The notes under the pieces are model-generated. The model searched no databases and was not told the origin of the DNA. It saw only the letters and a list, made by a program, of their open reading frames with translations. A DNA stretch of 64,000 nucleotides from an uncultured Christensenellaceae bacterium (GTDB lineage Bacteria > Bacillota > Clostridia > Christensenellales > UBA3700), in contig CALWKS010000003.1 of the NCBI GenBank assembly GCA_944381325.1, forward strand, positions 265,204-329,203, read 5' to 3'. The translations under genes were made by a program, and so were the position numbers. Below are positions 10,968 through 19,838 of the stretch, piece after piece; the first letter of the stretch is position 1; each line of letters begins with the position of its first letter.

Positions 10968-11513
10968 TCAATCGGATACATAAGTCTGCTTAATTTTATT
11001 AATCACACGTCTGTATTTTTGTTTTACCGTTGAAACTTTCATATTTAAAATTGCTGAAATCTCTCTCAGATTGTACGATTCCCAATGATATAAATATATT
11101 ATCAACTTAGTCTGCTCATCTTCGATCAGATTAAAAATTCTCTCTGTCATATCCTTATTTTCAAGACTTATTTCAAAATTTAATGACTGAATAAACGTTG
11201 AAACAGTTTTTTCTGAAAATTCAGAATCAACGAGAATCTCGTTGTATACTTTTGAATGATTTTTTATGATTATGTTTCTGCATGAAGAATACACCCAAGA
11301 AGACGGATTTTTTACAAACCTTACGCTCTTCCTGTTCAATAAATTAAGAAAAAACTCTTGCGCTATCTCCTCTGCGTCTACTTTCGGATAAACTCTTTTT
11401 ACATGCAAAACAATCCTTGGATAATAATATTTATAAAGAGCCGATAATGCTTCTTTATCCGATAAAGACTTATTCAGTAAATAATTAAATTTGATCACAT
11501 CCATAGCAGACAA
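10968..11513 (-). CDS. sigma-70 family (ECF-like) RNA polymerase sigma factor
   Basis: 181 aa. Region-2-like EEIAQEFFLNLLN and a region-4 HTH, YNLREISAILNMKVSTVKQKYRRVINKIK. The start may be the ATG at 11504 rather than the TTG at 11513. Confidence 0.75.
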   Translation of the reverse strand: MSAMDVIKFNYLLNKSLSDKEALSALYKYYYPRIVLHVKRVYPKVDAEEIAQEFFLNLLNRKSVRFVKNPSSWVYSSCRNIIIKNHSKVYNEILVDSEFSEKTVSTFIQSLNFEISLENKDMTERIFNLIEDEQTKLIIYLYHWESYNLREISAILNMKVSTVKQKYRRVINKIKQTYVSD

Positions 11514-11774
11514 TGAAAGCTATGAGTTGTTTTATAGATCATCCTCATAGACTTCCCCTTTATTTCATTATACAAATCTTTCTTTTGCATTTCAATACTC
11601 ATTTTTACGGTTAAAACCTTATTCCATGTGTAAAATCCGATACCAGAAAATCTTTGACAAACATTTACATTAAATCAAAATCACATTTCTATATAATATT
11701 TTAAATAATTAAAGATTACTTGGATTGCAAAACCTTTTCCCTTCTGTTATACTGAAAAAGTCGGAGGAAATTAA

Positions 11775-14057
11775 ATGAAAAAACTAAACAAGCTGTGCAA
11801 CGGATTTTTTAACAGACTCGACCTTTCAGACATCATAGGCGCTGATGCCGCAAAAGAAGACAACAAACTGTTCAACAAAGTTCTTGACCGCTTTCTTGAA
11901 AAAGGCAACAAAGAAGACGCTTTTGAAGTCTATTATTGCTTCAGTGAAATTTTCAGACTTTTCGGCAAAGGCTACGACAACACTCAGAAACTGCTTGAAT
12001 TGCTCTCAGATCACGAATATCATTCTGGTGAACTGCTTTCAAAGCACAGAGACCACTACTCTCATTCAGTTTACGTATTCGCTCTGGGTCTTGCAGTATA
12101 TGCGCACGATAAGACTTTCCGCAAAAACTTTCTGAGTTTTTACGATCTTCCCGACAATGCCGTCTCAGCGTCGACCTATCTCTATCTTTGGGGAATGACT
12201 TCCCTTTTCCACGACATCGGTTATCCTTTTCAGCTTGCGCACGAACAGATAAAGATTTACACTTCTGAACTGTGGGGAGAAAAGGCGGGGTTCAGACCGT
12301 ACGTCTCTTTCGGCAATCTTGATAAATTCATAGCGATCGACGAAAACGTAAGCGACAAGCTCAGCGATACGCTTTGCATTGACAGAAAATTCAGCACTCT
12401 TGACGAACTTCTCGCTTACGGGCTAAACAAAAGACTGGGCTTTGACGAAAATTTCATCGTTTCTCTTCTCAGAGAACGCATAATCAATCAGCCAAAATTT
12501 GTAGATCACGGATATTTCGGCGCAGTTACTCTAGCAAAACAGCTTCTCGATATGCCTGAATTCAAAATGACTGAACAGAGACTTGACGTCATAACCGCTA
12601 TTCTTCTGCATAACAGCCTCAGCAAATTCGATCTTAAGAGCTCTCACCCGATAAGCGCTGAAGAACATCCTCTCGCTTATATGCTCATGCTTTGCGACGA
12701 ATTGCAGAACTGGGATCGCCTCGCTTACGGCAAAGTCAGCAAAAGAGACCCGATTGCATGGGACATAAAAATCGATATATCAGACAATAACATTGAAATT
12801 GAATACCTTTTTGACAGCCGTTACGTAAAAGACTCTGACAATAACAAGCGCGAATGCAAGAGCTTTGCAGAAATATCGAGCGGAGATTATGCCGCTGCCA
12901 TAACAGGAAACGGCAATAAAAACGGATTTCTCAGCACTTCTCTCGTTCTCAATCTAACTGCGGGAGAATGCAGGAAGAAAAAGAAAAGCACGCTTTACGC
13001 ATCCGACAACAGCTTTATCAACCTCTGCGATTTTGCAAAGGCGATACACGCAAGCTACCTTGAAGAATGCAGAAATATGCAAGCGGAATATATAAACGAA
13101 ACTTTCGACAAGCTTCCGCTCGAATTCAAGATCTCTAATATCGAGCAAGCAAAATCGTATGCAGAAAAACTCGAGCTCATAAGTTGCTTTTACAGCAACA
13201 AAGACCTTGATTATCCTGTCGTGGAAGATTTTAAAAAGTCTGCGTACGGCAACAAAAACGCAGACAATCTGGGATTCTTATGCCGCGAAGAGCACGTGCG
13301 CTGGGTAAAAGAAAAACTGAGTATGGGCTGGAAATACGGCTCTGATTACTCTTCTTCTCAGGAACGCAACAAAAAGAAAATCCACAGAGACATAATCCCA
13401 TACGAAGTGCTCGACGAAAAAGAAAGAAAAAAAGACGAGATAATGATAAACAACATTATTCCTCTGCTTAAAAAATTCGGCAGTAACATTCGGATTTACA
13501 GCTATCGTACGGGCAGAAAACCTGACCTTGAAATTGCAGGCACCGGTCACAGATTTTTCAAAGGCGACAGAGAAAAAATCAAGAAAGAGATCAAAAAAAT
13601 CATTGAAAAATACAGCGAAAGCAACCGCGTGATCGTGCGCACCTGCTTTGCTTACGGCGCAGACCAGCTTATTGCAGAATGCGCAATTGAAGCAGGCGTT
13701 ACCGTAAAAGCCGTCATACCGACAGATTACGAAAATTATATAAAGGTCGTCAGAAAAGACTGCATTGACAACGGCATACCTTTTACCGAAGAAGACGAAC
13801 TCAGAATGAGACATCTCATTGCGCAGACTGCAGTATGCAAAACCGTAAAAGACGAAAATTATTTTTATACAGGCGCAAGTAAATATATCGTTGACAAATG
13901 CGACAAGCTGATAGCGTTATGGGACGGAAAAGAGCTCCCACTGGAAGAAAACGGCAAGCCCGTAAATATGGGCGGAACTTATTATTGCATAAACGAAGCC
14001 AGAAAGCGCGGACTCAAAGACGGCGAGGACATTTTCATTATCCCATGCGAAAGATAA
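11775..14057 (+). CDS. multidomain protein: N-terminal HD phosphohydrolase-like, central RyR-like repeats, C-terminal SLOG (DprA/LOG-like) Rossmannoid domain
   Basis: 760-aa ORF with a GGAGGA RBS. HD-type motifs HRDHYSHSVYV, LFHDIGYPF, LLHN, LCDELQNWDR. RyR-like segment EEHVRWVKEKLSMGWKYGSDY...IIPYEVLDEKERKKDE. SLOG-like segment CFAYGADQLIAECAIEAGVTVKAVIP...LIALWDGKEL...NMGGTYYCINEA. Confidence 0.6.
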   Translation: MKKLNKLCNGFFNRLDLSDIIGADAAKEDNKLFNKVLDRFLEKGNKEDAFEVYYCFSEIFRLFGKGYDNTQKLLELLSDHEYHSGELLSKHRDHYSHSVYVFALGLAVYAHDKTFRKNFLSFYDLPDNAVSASTYLYLWGMTSLFHDIGYPFQLAHEQIKIYTSELWGEKAGFRPYVSFGNLDKFIAIDENVSDKLSDTLCIDRKFSTLDELLAYGLNKRLGFDENFIVSLLRERIINQPKFVDHGYFGAVTLAKQLLDMPEFKMTEQRLDVITAILLHNSLSKFDLKSSHPISAEEHPLAYMLMLCDELQNWDRLAYGKVSKRDPIAWDIKIDISDNNIEIEYLFDSRYVKDSDNNKRECKSFAEISSGDYAAAITGNGNKNGFLSTSLVLNLTAGECRKKKKSTLYASDNSFINLCDFAKAIHASYLEECRNMQAEYINETFDKLPLEFKISNIEQAKSYAEKLELISCFYSNKDLDYPVVEDFKKSAYGNKNADNLGFLCREEHVRWVKEKLSMGWKYGSDYSSSQERNKKKIHRDIIPYEVLDEKERKKDEIMINNIIPLLKKFGSNIRIYSYRTGRKPDLEIAGTGHRFFKGDREKIKKEIKKIIEKYSESNRVIVRTCFAYGADQLIAECAIEAGVTVKAVIPTDYENYIKVVRKDCIDNGIPFTEEDELRMRHLIAQTAVCKTVKDENYFYTGASKYIVDKCDKLIALWDGKELPLEENGKPVNMGGTYYCINEARKRGLKDGEDIFIIPCER

Positions 14058-14089
14058 CTGCCCTGCAGGTCTGAAAATATCATAGGCAT

Positions 14090-14140
14090 AAAATAAAAAT
14101 CCGCCGCTGAGGAATTCCTCGGCGGCGTTACTTTTATCTT
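14090..14140. terminator. bidirectional terminator between convergent genes
   Basis: 11-bp stem (14102-14112 / 14117-14127) around the loop AATT, flanked by an A-rich tract upstream and a T-rich tract downstream. Confidence 0.75.
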
Positions 14141-14166
14141 GTAATATTCTATAGATCCTGCGAACC

Positions 14167-15564
14167 TCAGCTTATTGTATATTCGCCGTTTATCGCCGCT
14201 TCTATCTGCTTGAACAACGACATTTCAAGATCAGTCGTATCACAGCCGAAATGCCATATCATAACGCCGCCGATACCGCAATCTATTGCATATCTCGTCT
14301 TATCGTAAATCATCTGACGTCCGTTGTAATACGTCTTTGTCGGAGCGTGTTTCACTCCGTCCAGATCCACAAACTCTTCCGTCAAAGCGTTGTCATATGG
14401 TCCTAAGATGCCTGCTACGTCTTTATACGATCCCCAGAAGGCGCTTTTATCCACCGGTCTTGAATAGAAAGGAAGCCCGAGATGTACCTTTGACATATCC
14501 ACTCCTTTTTTGTCGAGATCTTTCAAAGTCTTATAGCAAGTATTGTAAAAAGTAGCGTGGTTTCCCCTTTCGTCAAACAGATCGTAAGACATTATTTCTA
14601 TAGAGTCGAGCGGCTCTAGGTCTTTAGCGGAATAGCCGAAAGTGCGTATACACCAGTCGGATATTGCCGCTGTCAGCAGTTTTCCTTCAGGCAAAGCCGC
14701 GTCGAGCTGCTTTATATAATTTGAAAACGTTTTAAAGTCCTTGCTCTTTTCAGGATATTCATAGTCGAACGACACTCCGTCCAAACCGTACTCGTCTATT
14801 ATCTTCAAAAGATTTTCTGTAAGAACAGTGGCATGATCGTTCATCGCGGAATTGTGCCTTTCTATCGTAGTCATTCCGTCCCCGAAATCGCGGTTGGCAA
14901 GCACGGTAAACACAATCGTCGCAGCAGGATTTGCCTTTCTGAGATTTTCAATCGCTTTTTTCAGTACTTCCTGCCCTGAAACAGTCTTTCCGTCAATCGT
15001 ATATTCTACGAAATGTATCTCTCCTTCAGCATCGAAATACGTGCAGCCGAAAACGTTGAACTGTGTAACGCAGGACGCTATTTCCGCCTGTTCCTGAGTA
15101 AGTGTATAAGCGGTATCGGCGTTGATATAACTCATAACGTCAAAACTTTCCGCCTTATTGAGAATAAGGTAGGCTTCAACTTCTTCCAGTTTCCATTTCC
15201 CATCACAATCCATCACTTCGACACGTATCTTGCTTGCCTCTGTCGGAGCAAAAGCGCAATATCTGTAACCGCCTATGTAATCGTTGCCGTATACGGGCGT
15301 TTCCCCGTCGTTGACATATATCCTGAAAGAAGTGATATTGCTGTCCTTCTCTTTAAGGACTATCGTATTTATCAGAACGGTTCTGCCGAAGTCGAACACG
15401 GCTTCATCGCCTTTCTCTCCGCTGTCAGATAAAAACTTTCCGTCGTCAGCCAGATTTTCGTATTTTGAAGAAATTGCGTCAGGAGTTTTGTCTGAACAAC
15501 CTGAAAACGCAAACACTGAAAAGATCAAAACCACTAAAATAATTGCGCAAAATATCTTTTTCAT
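14167..15564 (-). CDS. GH18 family glycosyl hydrolase (chitinase/endo-beta-N-acetylglucosaminidase-like) lipoprotein with an N-terminal discoidin-like domain
   Basis: 465 aa. Lipobox FAFSGCSD. GH18 catalytic motif LDGVSFDYEYP (DxxDxDxE type). Confidence 0.8.
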   Translation of the reverse strand: MKKIFCAIILVVLIFSVFAFSGCSDKTPDAISSKYENLADDGKFLSDSGEKGDEAVFDFGRTVLINTIVLKEKDSNITSFRIYVNDGETPVYGNDYIGGYRYCAFAPTEASKIRVEVMDCDGKWKLEEVEAYLILNKAESFDVMSYINADTAYTLTQEQAEIASCVTQFNVFGCTYFDAEGEIHFVEYTIDGKTVSGQEVLKKAIENLRKANPAATIVFTVLANRDFGDGMTTIERHNSAMNDHATVLTENLLKIIDEYGLDGVSFDYEYPEKSKDFKTFSNYIKQLDAALPEGKLLTAAISDWCIRTFGYSAKDLEPLDSIEIMSYDLFDERGNHATFYNTCYKTLKDLDKKGVDMSKVHLGLPFYSRPVDKSAFWGSYKDVAGILGPYDNALTEEFVDLDGVKHAPTKTYYNGRQMIYDKTRYAIDCGIGGVMIWHFGCDTTDLEMSLFKQIEAAINGEYTIS

Positions 15565-15733
15565 AATTCACCCTCTAAACGATTATATCAGACTTGTTCA
15601 GATTTTACAATACGGTAAAATCGACTAGTTTTTGAATACATATCGAAAATTTAACCTTTATATAATTCAAAAGAGAGGCGCAAAAAACGCCTCTCTCTGA
15701 CCTATCTATTTCTACAACTCTGTTTACGGTTGC

Positions 15734-15949
15734 TTACTTCTCTTCGTTCTTCTCGTCAAATCCGAGCATATAATCGGTGCTCTTGCCGAACAGTTGAGAA
15801 AGATCTACCAATGCCTGATAGCTGGGCTCTTTGAGTCCTCTCTCCCAGTTGCTGATCGATACCTGAGATACGCGCATATAGTTTGCAACGTACTGCTGGT
15901 TGTAACCGTGTTTAATTCTTTCTTCCTTCAATCTTTCTGCGAATTTCAT
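15734..15949 (-). CDS. XRE-family helix-turn-helix transcriptional regulator
   Basis: 71 aa. LKEERIKHGYNQQYVANYMRVSQVSISNWERG is a classic Cro/C1 HTH. Confidence 0.8.
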   Translation of the reverse strand: MKFAERLKEERIKHGYNQQYVANYMRVSQVSISNWERGLKEPSYQALVDLSQLFGKSTDYMLGFDEKNEEK

Positions 15950-15987
15950 TTTTATGTGCCTCCTTCGCCGATTACGGCTTCATTATT

Positions 15988-16683
15988 TTACTCGTTGGAC
16001 CGCTGAGACGAAATCATCTCCCAGTCAAACGCATTTTCCTCAAAACTCATAAGCACCGCTTCGATTCTTTCTCTGTCGACAGGCAACCCCTGCTCTTCAG
16101 AAAAAGTCTGAAAATACTCGTCCATATCGTTTATTATGTCGAGCGCGGTCAGGTGGAAACAATCCAGCACCTTTTTTACAAAAGGATATGCGCTGTAATA
16201 ATTGCCCACCGCATTGCACATAGCATAAGCTACGATGCCGGCAATGTCCTGAAAAGGCAACCCCTTCTTCACTGCCGAAAAACTTACGCAACAGCATCTG
16301 TCGTTGACGATTATAAAATCGTCAAAATCCGCTTTGCCGAGTATAAGTCCTTCGTTGAGCGTATAAAACATCTGCAAAAATATGCATAGCCTGCTTGCGA
16401 GATTTTCAAGCATCTTTTCATCGTCGCTCATAGTAGCCGTTCTGTAAGCCTCGGCAAAAGACTGACCTTCTATAAACTCTGCTATAAGATAGTTGTCTCT
16501 GCTTTCCAGAACTTCGGGCGCATAACCAGTCTTGGATACCGACTTCATTATCCGCGCTTCTGTCTGCGGACGCTCATTGTCGCTGTATATCTTGATTACG
16601 CATTTGCGGTCCTTAAAATTCGTCACCGAAATGCTCTTGCGGTCGCTGTGAAGCTGACTGTTTGCGTTATAACTGTTTAACAT
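15988..16683 (-). CDS. protein-kinase-like fold protein, possibly a pseudokinase
   Basis: 231 aa. VIKIYSDNERPQTEARIMK and LIAEFIEG resemble the kinase beta3-Lys, alphaC-Glu and hinge. The expected HxD...N catalytic loop is replaced by GKADFDDFIIVNDR. Confidence 0.4.
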   Translation of the reverse strand: MLNSYNANSQLHSDRKSISVTNFKDRKCVIKIYSDNERPQTEARIMKSVSKTGYAPEVLESRDNYLIAEFIEGQSFAEAYRTATMSDDEKMLENLASRLCIFLQMFYTLNEGLILGKADFDDFIIVNDRCCCVSFSAVKKGLPFQDIAGIVAYAMCNAVGNYYSAYPFVKKVLDCFHLTALDIINDMDEYFQTFSEEQGLPVDRERIEAVLMSFEENAFDWEMISSQRSNE

Positions 16684-16976
16684 AATTTACCCTGCAGAAT
16701 ATTATCCGCTATTTCGAAATTTTTGTCAAAGATTTTAGCGTTTTTTCTATCAGGTTTCTTGCAACTTTTCTGCAACGTGCCGCACTCTTAAAGTCTGACA
16801 TTGCCCTGAACGGCACTATTTTTGTTTAAAAGGTGCAATTTGAACGTGTTTTTCGAAAATTTTCGACAACACGTCGTTATCATATACCCTTAGTTATAAT
16901 ATCAGATTTTCAGCGCTCTGTCAACATTTTTTGTATAGATAGCCATAATAATACTAACATTTTACAAAAATGCGAC

Positions 16977-17041
16977 AAAAGACGGCTAACCCACAATTAT
17001 ACGTTATTTTTATTCACGCATATTTATATTAGCCGTCTTTT
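16977..17041. repeat. 13-bp perfect inverted repeat with a 39-nt AT-rich loop, downstream of the ATPase gene
   Basis: AAAAGACGGCTAA (16977-16989) and TTAGCCGTCTTTT (17029-17041). It may act as a terminator for the ATPase operon. Confidence 0.4.
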
Positions 17042-17061
17042 ATTAAATAAGCCTTAAAGTT

Positions 17062-19344
17062 TTAACGTCTTACACTGTTGATTATTGCAACAATGCAAAC
17101 TCCCACGTCTGCAACAACCGCCAGCCACATCATAGGCACCCATGCGAGAGACACGATCATTATAGCCGCCTTGGCAGCAAGCGAAAGCACTATGTTCTGC
17201 GTTACGCGGTTTTTTGTCTTATTTGCCGTTTCGAACGCTTTCGGCAAGCCTGATACAGAGCCCGTTGAAAGCACTATGTCGCTTGCTTCAACCGAAGCGT
17301 CGTTTCCCAGTCCGCCTACGCAGACTCCCAGATTCGCCGCTTTTATTGAAGGCGCGTCGTTTAATCCGTCGCCTACGAACATTACGTTTGCACCCTCCGC
17401 CTTGAGCTGCTCCACCGTCTCGTATTTATCCTGAGGAAGCAGAGACGCACGGTATTCTTCTATACCCACCTCTTCTGCAACGTGTTTTGCGCTGTTTTCG
17501 ACGTCTCCCGTGAGCATTATAACGCGCTTGCCCTGAGCCTTCAAAGAAGCTACAACCTCTTTCGCGCCTTCTTTTATGCTGTCGCTCAGCGTGATATATC
17601 CCAGCTCTTTTCCGTTTTCAGCAAAGTAAACCACACTGCCGTATCCTTCATGTTCTGAGGTTATCCTTACCCCTCTTTCAAACATAAGCTGTTTGTTTCC
17701 TGCCAACAATTCAGCGCCGTTATAATTGCAGCCTACGCCTTTGCCTGAGTATTCGCAATAATCCGAAATCCCGCTTATGTCGCGCCTTCCCGTATATTCG
17801 GCAATAGAAAGCGCTATAGGATGAGTCGACATGCTTTCGCATACGCCTGCCACCTCTAAAAGTTTTTCTTCGGATACACCCTCTGCCGGAACTGCGGCGG
17901 TTACTTCGAATACGCCTTTCGTCAACGTGCCCGTCTTATCCATGCACACCACGTTTATTCCGCGCATAGCCTCGAGGTAGTTGCCGCCCTTTACCAGAAC
18001 GCCTGATTCAGAACATCTGCCGATTCCCGCAAAGAATGCCAGGGGTATGGATATGACCAACGCGCAAGGACATGATATTACAAGGAACACCAACGCTTTT
18101 TTCAGCCATATATCAGTAAGCGCCATTACGTAACTGTCGTAGAACAAAGGCGGAATAAATGCAACCAACACCGCAAGGGCGAATACTGCAGGAGTGTATA
18201 TTGACGCAAATTTGCTTATCAGTTTCTGAGCCTTCGGCTTGTTTTCCTGAGCGTCTTCGACGAGCTTAAGTATCTTTGAAGCCTGCGTATCTTTGAACTG
18301 TCTTGTTATCCTTACTTTGATAGTGTTGCCCGTATTGACCGTACCGCCGACAACTTCACTGCCGACTTCAACGGCAACGGGAATGCTTTCACCCGTCATA
18401 CTGCTGCAGTCTATCGCGCTTTCGCCTTCTTCAACTATGCCGTCCGACGGGATTTTCTCGCCCTTTCTGACAAGAACGATATCCCCTGTCTGAAGACTTT
18501 CGCTGTTGGTCTCTACTGTATTGCCGTCAACCAGCTTAAGGCAACTCTCCGCTTTCAGCCCGAGAAGTCTGACTATGTCGCCCTTTGACTTGGCTATCGC
18601 GGCATCCTGCAAAGTTTCGCCTACGCAATAAAGAAGCATTACAGCTACGCCTTCGATATATTCGCCCAAAGCCATTGCGCCTATCGACGCCACGGTCATA
18701 AGCATATTTTCATTGAAAATGTCGCCTTTGAAAACTCCCTTGACTGCCTTTATGATATATTCGATCCCGACCACGAGGTAAGCAACGCAGTAAAGTACAA
18801 TCGATGCAATTTTCAATCCGCCGCTTTCGTCCGACGAAGCGCCGAAAGCGCACATCGCGCCCATAAGCGCAAGCACAAACGATGCGGCAATCTGCATGAT
18901 CGGTCTTGCAAAGTCGATAAGTTTAAGCTTCCTTGTCTGACTTATATCAACATGCCCTTTTGCCGCACAGCACTCGCATCCGCCGTCGTGGTTGTGACCG
19001 TGTCCGTGATCATGCCCGCAACTGCATGTCTCGCCATGCTCGTGCTTATGCCCATGATCGTGAGCGCAATCGCAGACCTCTCCGTGTCCATGCTCGTGTT
19101 CATGATCATGACCACATGTGCAGGCATCGCCGTGATTATGATCGTGTCTGCAACTGCAGGTCTCACTGTGTTCATGCTTATGTTCATGTTCGTGGTCATG
19201 TCCGCAAGAACATGACTTGACGTGTTTATGATTATGCCCGCAATCGCAGGCATCACCATGTTCGTGCTCGTGTTCATGGTTATGTCCGCATGCGCAGGCT
19301 TCATCGCGCAAAGCCTGATTTATATCTTTTTTCTCGTCTTCCAT
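17062..19344 (-). CDS. heavy-metal translocating P1B-type ATPase (Zn/Cd/Co-like transmembrane signature) with a His/Cys-rich N-terminal repeat region
   Basis: 760 aa with an AAGGAG RBS. Motifs ISCPCALVISIP, DKTGTLT, GDGLNDAP, and C-terminal LAVVADVGV. The N-terminal 120 aa consists of repeated CxCGHDHEHEH units. No GMTCxxC HMA domain is seen. Confidence 0.9.
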   Translation of the reverse strand: MEDEKKDINQALRDEACACGHNHEHEHEHGDACDCGHNHKHVKSCSCGHDHEHEHKHEHSETCSCRHDHNHGDACTCGHDHEHEHGHGEVCDCAHDHGHKHEHGETCSCGHDHGHGHNHDGGCECCAAKGHVDISQTRKLKLIDFARPIMQIAASFVLALMGAMCAFGASSDESGGLKIASIVLYCVAYLVVGIEYIIKAVKGVFKGDIFNENMLMTVASIGAMALGEYIEGVAVMLLYCVGETLQDAAIAKSKGDIVRLLGLKAESCLKLVDGNTVETNSESLQTGDIVLVRKGEKIPSDGIVEEGESAIDCSSMTGESIPVAVEVGSEVVGGTVNTGNTIKVRITRQFKDTQASKILKLVEDAQENKPKAQKLISKFASIYTPAVFALAVLVAFIPPLFYDSYVMALTDIWLKKALVFLVISCPCALVISIPLAFFAGIGRCSESGVLVKGGNYLEAMRGINVVCMDKTGTLTKGVFEVTAAVPAEGVSEEKLLEVAGVCESMSTHPIALSIAEYTGRRDISGISDYCEYSGKGVGCNYNGAELLAGNKQLMFERGVRITSEHEGYGSVVYFAENGKELGYITLSDSIKEGAKEVVASLKAQGKRVIMLTGDVENSAKHVAEEVGIEEYRASLLPQDKYETVEQLKAEGANVMFVGDGLNDAPSIKAANLGVCVGGLGNDASVEASDIVLSTGSVSGLPKAFETANKTKNRVTQNIVLSLAAKAAIMIVSLAWVPMMWLAVVADVGVCIVAIINSVRR

Positions 19345-19354
19345 AAATTTCTCC

Positions 19355-19639
19355 TTACTTAGACTTTATGTATTTGCCCACAGTCCCCACCAGGTTTTCA
19401 ACCGTCTTGTCATACTCTCCGCTTTCAAGTCCTTCTTTGACGCAGTGTCCGATATGGTTGAATAAAACGTCTTTTGCCACACCGTCCAAAGCGCATCTCA
19501 CTGCGCTTATCTGAGTCAGTATATCGTCGCAGTTGCGGTTTTCAAGCACCATCTTGCTTATACCGTTCACCTGCCCCTGTATGCGGTTAAGCTTCTTTTC
19601 AATCTGTCTGGAAAGTTCGTCCTGCAGTCTGCAATCCAT
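19355..19639 (-). CDS. CsoR/RcnR/FrmR-family metal-sensing transcriptional repressor
   Basis: The ORF track gives 19355..19783. The likely start is the ATG at 19639 (MDCRLQDELSRQIEKKLNRIQGQVNGI) with a GGAGGT RBS. Ligand pattern: C (NRNCDD) ... H-x3-C (NHIGHC). Confidence 0.85.
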   Translation of the reverse strand: MDCRLQDELSRQIEKKLNRIQGQVNGISKMVLENRNCDDILTQISAVRCALDGVAKDVLFNHIGHCVKEGLESGEYDKTVENLVGTVGKYIKSK

Positions 19640-19657
19640 ATTTACCTCCGTTTCACT

Positions 19658-19674
19658 ATACCCCCACGGGGTAT
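19658..19674. promoter_or_regulatory. CsoR-type operator, site 1
   Basis: Palindrome ATACCCC-CAC-GGGGTAT between the predicted promoter and the csoR start. Confidence 0.6.
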
Positions 19675-19690
19675 TTTGTTTTTCATATAC

Positions 19691-19719
19691 AATATATACC
19701 CCCACAGGGTATTTGTCAA
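19691..19719 (-). promoter_or_regulatory. promoter of the csoR-ATPase operon with an embedded operator, site 2
   Basis: On the minus strand: TTGACA (19719-19714), 17-nt spacer, TATATT (19696-19691). The spacer holds the second palindrome ATACCC-CCACA-GGGTAT (19696-19712). Confidence 0.55.
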
Positions 19720-19838
19720 CAATAATTTTCACATATTTGCAAATATTTCCGAAAACAGTCAGTAAAAAACGCCTCATGTCCATTATGGGCAGAGACGTTC
19801 TTATCGATAAAAGTTTTTCCTGTTTTTCAGTATATGGG

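Noticed and set aside
13278-13814. 178-aa minus-strand ORF inside the HD-RyR-SLOG gene.
   Set aside because: It is an antisense shadow with a Phe/Val-rich translation typical of the reverse complement of Lys/Glu-rich coding sequence.
18933-19304. Repetitive DNA with three overlapping ORFs, considered as a tandem-repeat or CRISPR-like element.
   Set aside because: The repeats are the codons of the His/Cys-rich N-terminal tail of the ATPase, in frame with the 760-aa ORF. The other ORFs are alternative-frame artefacts.
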